Origin: a virus
Direction: 5' to 3' (one strand)
Length of the DNA stretch: 64,000 nucleotides
IMG/VR virus record: IMGVR_UViG_3300027896_000024
Coordinates: 18,929 to 82,928 of that record
Both the position numbers and the translations under genes were made by a program. Numbering within the stretch: position 1 is the first letter of the stretch; each line of letters begins with the position of its first letter. Below the pieces are notes generated by a model. It did no database searches. It had not been told where the DNA came from and saw nothing but the letters and a program-made list of their open reading frames with translations. Below, one piece after another: positions 9,038 to 16,263 of this stretch.

Positions 9038-9238
9038 ATGGCAGAGATCTCCAGATGGGCAAACACTCAAGCTACCGCAGAGGTTGCTTGTCCCCGTTGT
9101 GGTATGCAGGCCGGTGTTGAGTGCAGAACTCCAAAGATGCGTAGGTTATTCACAATTCACACCGAACGAGGGAATGCCTATTTTGCCAAGATAGGTCGTG
9201 ACGAATGGCTTCGTAGGTACTCAATATCAAAACACTAG
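9038..9238 (+). CDS. zinc-finger protein
   Basis: CPRCGMQAGVEC...HTER; GGAGG RBS; TAG overlaps copy 12. Confidence 0.7.
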   Translation: MAEISRWANTQATAEVACPRCGMQAGVECRTPKMRRLFTIHTERGNAYFAKIGRDEWLRRYSISKH

Positions 9239-9292
9239 CAGAGGGCGGCCGGCAACGGCCGTAATGCACAGCTCGGGTCCCAAGTCCTGAGT
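9238..9292 (+). ncRNA. twister ribozyme copy 12; cut 9262/9263
   Basis: P1 CGGCCG-GCAA-CGGCCG; TAATGC AC; P4 GCTCGGG/CCTGAGT. Confidence 0.9.
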
Positions 9293-9312
9293 ATAAAAAA
9301 GGAGAGAACAAC

Positions 9313-9756
9313 ATGGATACAATCATCGAAGATAAACATTCGTTGGCACATCTTGAACAGGTCGTGCGTAAATTGTTCGAGAGGTTGGATGTTTCCGAAC
9401 TTCGTCGTGGTCCGCATCCGATACCAACAGGGATAGGCGAAATCAAGATTGACGATGAAACGCTGGACGTATTCGGCGGCCTGTGGGCGGTTGCGTGCGA
9501 GATCACAGTAACCCGAAAGTATTTGGGTGGCCGGGGCCGCAAAGCAAAAGTTCCTGGATTTGTGGTCGGCGTCGTAGTACATCATCATAATTATCCGCAT
9601 GAACCGGATGATTACGAACCTGTTGAAACGGGCCAGTTCGAGTCACCTTACAAAGCCGCAGAGGCTCTGGCATTGTTGTATTACCAAGACCGTATCAATA
9701 GTGCGATGGAGGACATCAGCATGGCAGAGGTTGCGGAGCAGTTCCACGAAGATTAG
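9313..9756 (+). CDS. hypothetical protein
   Basis: 147 aa, cassette RBS, TAG overlaps copy 13. Confidence 0.75.
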   Translation: MDTIIEDKHSLAHLEQVVRKLFERLDVSELRRGPHPIPTGIGEIKIDDETLDVFGGLWAVACEITVTRKYLGGRGRKAKVPGFVVGVVVHHHNYPHEPDDYEPVETGQFESPYKAAEALALLYYQDRINSAMEDISMAEVAEQFHED

Positions 9757-9806
9757 CAGAGGGGGGCCGCAAGGCCCTAATGCACGAGCTGGTCCCAAGT
9801 CCAGCT
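9756..9806 (+). ncRNA. twister ribozyme copy 13; cut 9778/9779
   Basis: P1 GGGCC-GCAA-GGCCC; TAATGC AC; P4 AGCTGG/CCAGCT. Confidence 0.9.
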
Positions 9807-9835
9807 AGGCAGATCACAAAAAGGAGAGAACAACG

Positions 9836-10372
9836 ATGGCTGATAAAGAGGTAGAGGCGACATATACCGAGGAGCCGTCTAAGTATCCTGTATTCGTGCA
9901 GGAGCTTATGGATCGCTTCAAGGCCGTTGAGCGCAAGCTAACGGAAAACAAGTATCAAATGGACGCAGAGTTAAAGCGTACCCAGGAGCGCCTGGAGGCC
10001 AGTTATACCAAGCAGCGGGATTTGGACGGGCAGAAGTTAATCGTTCATTTCCTGGAAGTGTTGGATAATCTGGATTGGGCATTATCACATGCTACTGAAT
10101 CGGCCGACAGCTTTCATTCGGGTGTACGTCTAGTGGCGGATCTGTTTCGGAAGAAACTCCAGCAACTAGGCGTAGTACTCGTACCGTTGAAGGACAAGCC
10201 TTACGATCCGGAATTCGCGCAAGCTATCTTTGCACAAGAGGTAGATAAGCCCGAGTTACACGGCATCGTGCTTCAAGAACACGTCACTTGCTACGCGATT
10301 GATGCGACTATCATCCGTCCTGGTCAAGTGGTCGTAGGCAAGAAGCGGGAGGTGTCTAATGGTAGCGGTTAA
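9836..10372 (+). CDS. grpE: GrpE-like nucleotide exchange factor
   Basis: long N-terminal helix, FLEVLDNLDWAL, GV..(L)QQLGV, PYDPEFAQAI, IIRPGQVVV. Confidence 0.8.
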   Translation: MADKEVEATYTEEPSKYPVFVQELMDRFKAVERKLTENKYQMDAELKRTQERLEASYTKQRDLDGQKLIVHFLEVLDNLDWALSHATESADSFHSGVRLVADLFRKKLQQLGVVLVPLKDKPYDPEFAQAIFAQEVDKPELHGIVLQEHVTCYAIDATIIRPGQVVVGKKREVSNGSG

Positions 10373-10610
10373 GTGCTGTAAGTGTTTTCGGAATACCAAC
10401 AAGTTCCGGTGTTGTTCCTGCGGTCACAGTATTTGTACTTCATGTAAAGAGCAGACTCGAAAATTACCGGTTCGCAAGTTGGTGAGTGACGAGGACTTGT
10501 TATTCCTGTTGGAAGTATTTGAACGGTCTGGCCAGTCATTATCCTATCGGGCCAAGGTGTACCGAGTAGAGGCTATGCATCGCGGTCTTATCAAGAAGGA
10601 GGCCAAGTGA
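10359..10610 (+). CDS. Cys-rich small protein
   Basis: CCKC..CCSCGHSICTSC. Confidence 0.65.
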   Translation: MVAVKCCKCFRNTNKFRCCSCGHSICTSCKEQTRKLPVRKLVSDEDLLFLLEVFERSGQSLSYRAKVYRVEAMHRGLIKKEAK

Positions 10611-10810
10611 AAAGGAAGAGGTTGATGGTCGTTGTACAACCGGTAACAAATCTCCCGGGCTTGTATACCTGGTCAATACAACGGGCTGGCCGGGTGATTG
10701 CGATATACCCGGAGACGTACAAAACAAAGGACTCGGCTATTCGTTATGCTGAGCCCTTTGCTCAGGAAATCGGAGCAACATTCGCTACCGAAAAGGAGGT
10801 ACAGGGTTAG
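10607..10810 (+). CDS. small hypothetical protein
   Basis: GTG start with GGAGG RBS; TAG overlaps copy 14. Confidence 0.65.
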   Translation: MKRKRLMVVVQPVTNLPGLYTWSIQRAGRVIAIYPETYKTKDSAIRYAEPFAQEIGATFATEKEVQG

Positions 10811-10868
10811 CAGAGGGGACCGGTCTGAGGGCCGGTCTAATGCGCATGGTCGGTCCCAAGTCCGACCA
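10810..10868 (+). ncRNA. twister ribozyme copy 14; cut 10838/10839
   Basis: P1 GACCGGTC/GGCCGGTC; TAATGC GC; P4 TGGTCGG/CCGACCA. Confidence 0.88.
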
Positions 10869-10880
10869 AGGGAGGCACCT

Positions 10881-11549
10881 ATGAGGCGTATTTCTCGTGA
10901 GGGGTGGCGCCGGCGTAAGATCGCTGAGTACTACCAACGGCGGGACGATGAACGAATACAAAAAAGGGAGGACAACATGATTACACCAGAATATGTTGAA
11001 TGGGAAAAGGCTCAGGAGCGGGCAGCTTTTGAGTCTAAGATGCGCAGGGACGAGGCTTTGGAAAAGCAGTCCCAAGTGCAGCAGAGGAAGACAATGGCGG
11101 ATACGAGCAATCAGGATTCAGCCGTGCCGGCACAGCTCAAGGACTTGATGTTGATATTCGCTGGTAATGCATATTTCACAATTCGAAACAACACAACAGG
11201 CAATCGCTTCACGTTTCGCGTATCGGTTTCAAAACCGAATCCACAATTTCCGAACCCGGTTCACTTCGTTAGTGTACTCTGCGGGCCGGATAACCGTACG
11301 AACTATGCGTATATCGGGTTCGTCAGCAAAGCACTTCAATATCGGCACGCAGTCAAGTCAATCATCACGGAACAAGCGGTATCTGTTCAAGCTTTCAAAT
11401 GGTTACTGGCTAGGGTAGCTACTAAGCAGCCCTTGCCTCCCGAAGTGCAGATCTGGCACGAGGGTCGGTGTTGCCGATGTGGCCGAATGCTAACAGTTCC
11501 TGAGTCCATTGAGCACGGCCTAGGGCCGGAATGCTACGGGAGGATATGA
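10881..11549 (+). CDS. phage protein with C-terminal DUF6011-like zinc finger (alternative start 10977)
   Basis: CCRCGRMLTVPESIEHGLGPEC. Confidence 0.7.
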   Translation: MRRISREGWRRRKIAEYYQRRDDERIQKREDNMITPEYVEWEKAQERAAFESKMRRDEALEKQSQVQQRKTMADTSNQDSAVPAQLKDLMLIFAGNAYFTIRNNTTGNRFTFRVSVSKPNPQFPNPVHFVSVLCGPDNRTNYAYIGFVSKALQYRHAVKSIITEQAVSVQAFKWLLARVATKQPLPPEVQIWHEGRCCRCGRMLTVPESIEHGLGPECYGRI

Positions 11550-11779
11550 TGCGAGTTACTCAGATGGAACGCGCTGCGATTCTCCAGATGTTTGTACTCC
11601 CGGATGGTGTATCGTATCTCGGGGAGCAACCGGATCCGGCTGGCGGGTCGATATCACTTTATCACGATGTAGTCACAGGGTCGTCATTCATGGTTCACGA
11701 AGGCGAAAACATCGAGCAGGCGGTAAACAGAATCCGAGAATCATTTTTCCCGGAGGAATTCAAGGTTTGGGAAGCATAG
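11546..11779 (+). CDS. hypothetical protein
   Basis: ATGA overlap; TAG overlaps copy 15. Confidence 0.65.
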   Translation: MMRVTQMERAAILQMFVLPDGVSYLGEQPDPAGGSISLYHDVVTGSSFMVHEGENIEQAVNRIRESFFPEEFKVWEA

Positions 11780-11875
11780 CAGAGGGGGTGGTTGCCTTTA
11801 CAAAAGTAGGCATTAAATGGTAGGGCCTGATCCTATCAGCCACCTAATGCGGCAGTCCTGGTCCCAAGTCCCAGG
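11779..11875 (+). ncRNA. twister ribozyme copy 15 (expanded P1 insert); cut 11845/11846
   Basis: P1 GGTGGTTG/CAGCCACC with branched insert; TAATGC GGC pairs with loop GTC; P4 CCTGG/CCAGG. Confidence 0.82.
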
Positions 11876-11899
11876 CGCAGAAAATGGTTGTTGTCTCCT

Positions 11900-11951
11900 A
11901 GGCGGGCAACGGGTCTGGTGCGTTGCCAGATCCGACCCGCCCTTTTATTTT
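11900..11951 (+). terminator. intrinsic terminator ending the ribozyme unit
   Basis: GGCGGG..CGGGTCTGG/CCAGATCCG..CCCGCC then TTTTATTTT. Confidence 0.7.
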
Positions 11952-11962
11952 AGGAGTTCGCT

Positions 11963-12091
11963 ATGGAAGAACCGCTTGAGGATATAGACTTAGAGTGTCC
12001 TGTTTGCGGGTGGATATCCTGCGATCACTTATCAACGGATATTGTCATATGTCCAGACGATCGAGTTCAGTTAGTGCCAGTAAAAGAGTAG
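11963..12091 (+). CDS. 42-aa zinc-ribbon peptide
   Basis: TAGGAG RBS; CPVCG...CPDD. Confidence 0.5.
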   Translation: MEEPLEDIDLECPVCGWISCDHLSTDIVICPDDRVQLVPVKE

Positions 12092-12171
12092 TTGATTGCC
12101 CTCAGCTTGGCGTCCGTGTAGCTGGGAATTCGTGTGTTTACGCGGTTCCTGGCCGAAAGGAGGCATCCTAG

Positions 12172-13758
12172 ATGGTGTTAGCTTATGCTCCTGGGCTTAG
12201 TGTGTACATAGTGTTCTGTACGATCAAGGAAAAGAGTATTCCTGCTCGTGCGGGATTTGTATACAACAAGCTAGTTCGTAGGCGGTGGGCTACTAAAGAT
12301 CCGAATGTGGCAAATATCCTTTGGAAGTATGCTGTGCCTGCTTGTAAGGTTCAAATAGGCAAGGATCTTGTTGCGTCAAAAGTAATCCAGAAAAAATCAA
12401 AGGCAGTTAGTTCTGTTACGGAATATCCCTGTCCAGAAGGTATTGATTATCTCCCGTTTCAAAAGGCCGGAATAGACTTCATGCTGGAGCGAGATAGTGT
12501 ATTCTGTGCGGATGATATGGGTGTGGGCAAGACGATAGAGGCATTGGGTGTACTCAATACGGATACGTCGTTAATATCTATTTTGGTAGTGACAAAGGCA
12601 GTACTCAAGATAAACTGGTTAAGGGAGATACAAAAGTGGCGGGCTCGTAAAATGTCGGTGGGTATTGTCTGGCCAAATCATACGGAATTACCGAAGACAA
12701 ATATCGTCGTAATTAACTATGACTTGTTAGATAGATTTCACTTGTCCGGATTACGTAATAGAAAATGGGACTGTATCATCCTGGACGAAGGGCACTATCT
12801 AAAGAACCCGAAAAAGAAACGCACTCGTGCTGTATTTGGATATAATGACAGGAAGCGTCACTTCGTTTGTCTACCGTTAGAAGCTAGGCGTAAAATGGTG
12901 TTAACTGGAACGCCTATGGAGAACCGGCCAAAAGAATTATTTTCATTGCTTCATTGGTTAGATCCCATAGCTTGGCCCAGCTGGTTTAGATATGCGCAAA
13001 GATACTGCGATCCCAAGTTCAATGGCTTCGGAACCACGTATAAAGGGGCGTCAAATGTAGCGGAATTGAGGGCACGCCTTCGGGGTACACTTATGATACG
13101 GCGGGAGTTTACCGAGGTGTTTCCTGAGCTGCCGCCGGTTAGATACCAGATAATCGAAATACCCGTACAGAGTTCTACAATAAAAAAGCTTGTAACCCGT
13201 GAGCTGTATGATTACAATCAATTTTTACAAAAGGGAGTTTCGCGCAAGGTTGCTTTTGCAGAGATGTCGGCGTTAAGGCACCAGTTAGCCGTCTATAAGC
13301 GACCGTTAATCCAGTCATATCTCGAAGGCCTTCGTGAGGAGTCCCCAAGTAGAAAACTGATAGTGTTCGGGCATCATCACGATGTACTTGATGGCCTGCA
13401 TTTATCATTTCCTGATTCAGTTTTAGTCAGGGGTGGACAAGATGCTACCGATCGTCAGAGATCAGTAGACAAGTTTCAAAACGATATACGGTGCAACATG
13501 TTTCTTGGGTCGATTGCAGCTGCGGGGGAGGGCTTGAATTTGTACGCATCCAGTTTAGTTATATTCGGGGAATTCGATTGGCGTCCTGGTAAGATACTTC
13601 AAGCTATCGGGCGCGCTTTGAGACTGGGACAAAAGGATCGCGTTCTGATTCAATATCTCGTACTGGCAGGTTCACTTGATTTCAAGCTCATTACAACGTT
13701 CGTGAACAAGCACATAGTAAATAAGGAGATTCTCGGTGACAAAAGGGAGATCATTTGA
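12172..13758 (+). CDS. SNF2/SMARCAL1-like SF2 helicase
   Basis: ADDMGVGKT, ILDEGH, LTGTPMEN, GEGLNL, QAIGRALRLGQ. Confidence 0.9.
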   Translation: MVLAYAPGLSVYIVFCTIKEKSIPARAGFVYNKLVRRRWATKDPNVANILWKYAVPACKVQIGKDLVASKVIQKKSKAVSSVTEYPCPEGIDYLPFQKAGIDFMLERDSVFCADDMGVGKTIEALGVLNTDTSLISILVVTKAVLKINWLREIQKWRARKMSVGIVWPNHTELPKTNIVVINYDLLDRFHLSGLRNRKWDCIILDEGHYLKNPKKKRTRAVFGYNDRKRHFVCLPLEARRKMVLTGTPMENRPKELFSLLHWLDPIAWPSWFRYAQRYCDPKFNGFGTTYKGASNVAELRARLRGTLMIRREFTEVFPELPPVRYQIIEIPVQSSTIKKLVTRELYDYNQFLQKGVSRKVAFAEMSALRHQLAVYKRPLIQSYLEGLREESPSRKLIVFGHHHDVLDGLHLSFPDSVLVRGGQDATDRQRSVDKFQNDIRCNMFLGSIAAAGEGLNLYASSLVIFGEFDWRPGKILQAIGRALRLGQKDRVLIQYLVLAGSLDFKLITTFVNKHIVNKEILGDKREII

Positions 13759-14221
13759 TTTGAGCCTGTATACTGAGTCCTTGGCACGGAGGGCTTTTTT
13801 CAAGAACCTAGATAACAGTTTAGCATTGGAGGACTATAAGCAGATAGCGGCAATGTCAGTACTTAGGGCACGCAGGAGATTCAGGAAGGCAAAGAAAACC
13901 AAGTTCGAAACTTTTGCTATTCATTGTGTCAAGAACAGTCTTGTCACTATGACCCGCCGGCAAAAACCATCTGGATACGAATTAATGGAGGAAATAGCCA
14001 CAGACCCCAAGGACGATTTTGTTTTTCGTGTGCAATCATTTATTACTAGTTGTCAGTCGTTGTCGGAGGCAGCCCAACAAGTCGCCAATGGTTTATTGGG
14101 TATTTGGACATTACCAACAGTTTCGTTGACTAGCTTTCGGCGATCACTTCGAATGTCAAAGTTAGACTTCAATCGAGCCTGCAAGGAATTACGGACAAGA
14201 TTTCATGGGGAGGTAGTATAA
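13736..14221 (+). CDS. sigma-70 region 2-like transcription factor
   Basis: LEDYKQIA..VLRARRRF...KFETFAIHCVKN. Confidence 0.6.
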   Translation: MTKGRSFDLSLYTESLARRAFFKNLDNSLALEDYKQIAAMSVLRARRRFRKAKKTKFETFAIHCVKNSLVTMTRRQKPSGYELMEEIATDPKDDFVFRVQSFITSCQSLSEAAQQVANGLLGIWTLPTVSLTSFRRSLRMSKLDFNRACKELRTRFHGEVV

Positions 14222-14227
14222 CAAGAC

Positions 14228-14686
14228 ATGCAACTGAAAAAGAAGTTCAGGTTTGAGGCGAGTCATATACTATCAAAGCACCCGGGCAAGTGTTCTCGGT
14301 TACACGGCCATAGCTGGGTGTTACACGTGATGGTGGAAGGCCCTGTAAATCCAGATACCGGGTTTGTCATGGACTATGGGGATATTTCCAAGGCAGTGAA
14401 GCCTATCGTTGAGGATCTGGATCATAGGCATTTGGGAGTCTGGGATGTGTTCGCGGAGGACAGTAATATAGGTACTGCGCGTTGCCGGGCACTCCCGCTT
14501 GAGTTCTATTCTACGTCAGAGAATTTACTGATGAGGATTGCAGAACTGCTTATGATCTCATTGCCTCAGTGGTCAGCACTCAGCCTGGAAGAAACGTGTA
14601 CGTCGGAGGCATTGCTACTTCGGTGTGAATATGACCAGTTCGTAATGGATCAGAAAGAGAGGAGCGATGCAGCTGCTCGTAAATGA
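14228..14686 (+). CDS. queD: 6-carboxytetrahydropterin synthase
   Basis: FEASH, CSRLHGHSW, LDH, TSENL. Confidence 0.9.
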   Translation: MQLKKKFRFEASHILSKHPGKCSRLHGHSWVLHVMVEGPVNPDTGFVMDYGDISKAVKPIVEDLDHRHLGVWDVFAEDSNIGTARCRALPLEFYSTSENLLMRIAELLMISLPQWSALSLEETCTSEALLLRCEYDQFVMDQKERSDAAARK

Positions 14687-15374
14687 GATATTCAGGTCAG
14701 TACAAGGGGAAGGCCTACTAATGGGCCAGCCTTCCGTATTTCTCAGGTTGTCGTTGTGTAATGTCAATTGTCCGATGTGCGATACGGATTATCACCAAGG
14801 AGTCAAGGTGAGTCTTTCCGATATTGTAAAGGCTATTACCGGTCCGTATGCACGCGGCGGAATTCGTCATTTGGTGATTACAGGTGGCGAGCCGTACATA
14901 CATCCGGCATTGTCGGAGTTTCTGGCTACGATGCGGGAGCTACATCGCGATTGGCACATCACAATCGAAACGTCAGGTTCTATAGTTCCGGGCACTGTTC
15001 TGAATTTGGACTTGTTATCACTATCCCCGAAGTTTATGTCGCTAAAGCCGGCAGAAAATTCTCACATGGGATTGAATATTCTGAAGGAGTCATTCCTGCG
15101 TATCCTGGAACTGCCTCGTAAAGAGAATAGCTGCCAGGTTAAGCTAGTTTGGACAGGAGATCCTGTGGATGTTCCAGACTGGTTACCTGATATGATATCG
15201 GACTTAGCACAGAACAGTATTCCGGTATTCTTTCAGCCTATGACAGATGGCAGAGAGTTCGAATTAAATTCTTACTTAAAACTGTTTGCCAAAGTCACGG
15301 CAGCCGTTCAAAATACGTTCGGTGCATATCCTCGGACGTTACCGCAGTTGCACAAGTTCTGTAACTGGAGGTAG
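14667..15374 (+). CDS. queE: 7-carboxy-7-deazaguanine synthase (radical SAM)
   Basis: EIFRSVQGEG, CNVNCPMCDT, ITGGEP, IETSG, LSPK, PQLHK. Confidence 0.92.
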   Translation: MQLLVNEIFRSVQGEGLLMGQPSVFLRLSLCNVNCPMCDTDYHQGVKVSLSDIVKAITGPYARGGIRHLVITGGEPYIHPALSEFLATMRELHRDWHITIETSGSIVPGTVLNLDLLSLSPKFMSLKPAENSHMGLNILKESFLRILELPRKENSCQVKLVWTGDPVDVPDWLPDMISDLAQNSIPVFFQPMTDGREFELNSYLKLFAKVTAAVQNTFGAYPRTLPQLHKFCNWR

Positions 15375-15376
15375 TA

Positions 15377-16192
15377 ATGCCGAGAGTGTCATGCAAGGGA
15401 CTATGCGGCCGAGAATTCGATGAACGGTCCGCATTAGCATCTGGTGAGTTACTTATCACTGGTGTTTGTAGAGGTTGCTATAACAAGTACGCAATGAGTC
15501 CGGACGAGTGTTTCGGAAAAGGATTGTCGGATAAAACTGATGACACCTGCAAACATTGCGTCGATTATCATATCTGCTCAGGCTGGAATGCCGAGCCGGA
15601 AGGAAACAAAATGGCCAAGAAAAAGGTAGTAGAGGAAGAGGAAGAAGAACTCGAAGAAACCGAATCCGAAGAGGAAGGGGAGGAGGAAGAATTCGAGGAG
15701 GTCGAGGAAGAGGGTGGCGAGGAGCCCGAGGAGGAGGAAGAAGAGCCCGAAGAGGAAGAAGAGGAGGAAGAGGAAGAAGAGGAGGAAGAGGAAGAGCCTC
15801 CCAAAAAGACCAAAAAGGGTACGAAGCCTGCTCCAAGTGCCAGCCCGAGCAAGAAAACCGCAGGTAGTACCGGTAAGGGCACCAAAACCGCACCGGAACC
15901 GCCTCCAGCGAAGGGCAAAAAGACCGCTCCACCGCCGGCCAAGGGTGCGAACCCGGCAGCTACCAAACCGGCACAGACTCCGTTCCGCGCAGGCTCCGCC
16001 AAGGAGAAAGCGTTCCTGCTTCTGAAAAAGGGCGCGACTCAGGCCGAGCTGGTGAAGGAACTGAAGGGAATGACCGGTGATCCGTGGGCGTTCGTACAGG
16101 CCAAGTTGCTGCGCCGGACGACGGGTGGCGACAAGTCCATGTCCTGGACGATCAAAGAGAAGGAAGGCCGCTATCGGTTGATCGTGCAGTAG
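15377..16192 (+). CDS. Cys-rich/poly-Glu/Pro-Lys protein with C-terminal putative DNA-binding domain (internal start 15611 likely)
   Basis: in-frame ATG at 15611 with its own purine-rich RBS; E-tract; TPFRAGSAKEKAF. Confidence 0.7.
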   Translation: MPRVSCKGLCGREFDERSALASGELLITGVCRGCYNKYAMSPDECFGKGLSDKTDDTCKHCVDYHICSGWNAEPEGNKMAKKKVVEEEEEELEETESEEEGEEEEFEEVEEEGGEEPEEEEEEPEEEEEEEEEEEEEEEEPPKKTKKGTKPAPSASPSKKTAGSTGKGTKTAPEPPPAKGKKTAPPPAKGANPAATKPAQTPFRAGSAKEKAFLLLKKGATQAELVKELKGMTGDPWAFVQAKLLRRTTGGDKSMSWTIKEKEGRYRLIVQ

Positions 16193-16216
16193 GGCGGCAT
16201 TCTCGGGGAACCAACA

Positions 16217-16252
16217 AGGCGGCCCTAAGCAGTTCGGGGCCGCCTCTTTTTT
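16217..16252 (+). terminator. intrinsic terminator
   Basis: AGGCGGCCCT/GGGGCCGCCT followed by CTTTTTT. Confidence 0.75.
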
Positions 16253-16263
16253 GTGAGGAATTC

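Noticed and set aside
2768-10880. N-terminal extensions in the ORF track (2768, 4910, 10698) and ORF 3263-3481
   Set aside because: These starts lie inside or read through ribozyme sequence. The real starts follow the strong downstream RBSs.
2742-11779. TAG recoding (alternative genetic code)
   Set aside because: Long conserved genes are intact under the standard code, and each TAG is followed by a structured intergenic element and a fresh RBS.
2489-11875. CRISPR array, attC sites or simple terminators as the explanation of the repeats
   Set aside because: The spacers are whole genes of variable length, and there are no cas or intI genes, RYYYAAC/GTTRRRY boxes or U-tracts. Conservation follows twister pairing and catalytic residues.
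2489-11875. preQ1 riboswitches (because of the nearby que genes)
   Set aside because: The motif lacks the preQ1 consensus, does not precede que genes, and fits twister including pseudoknot covariation.
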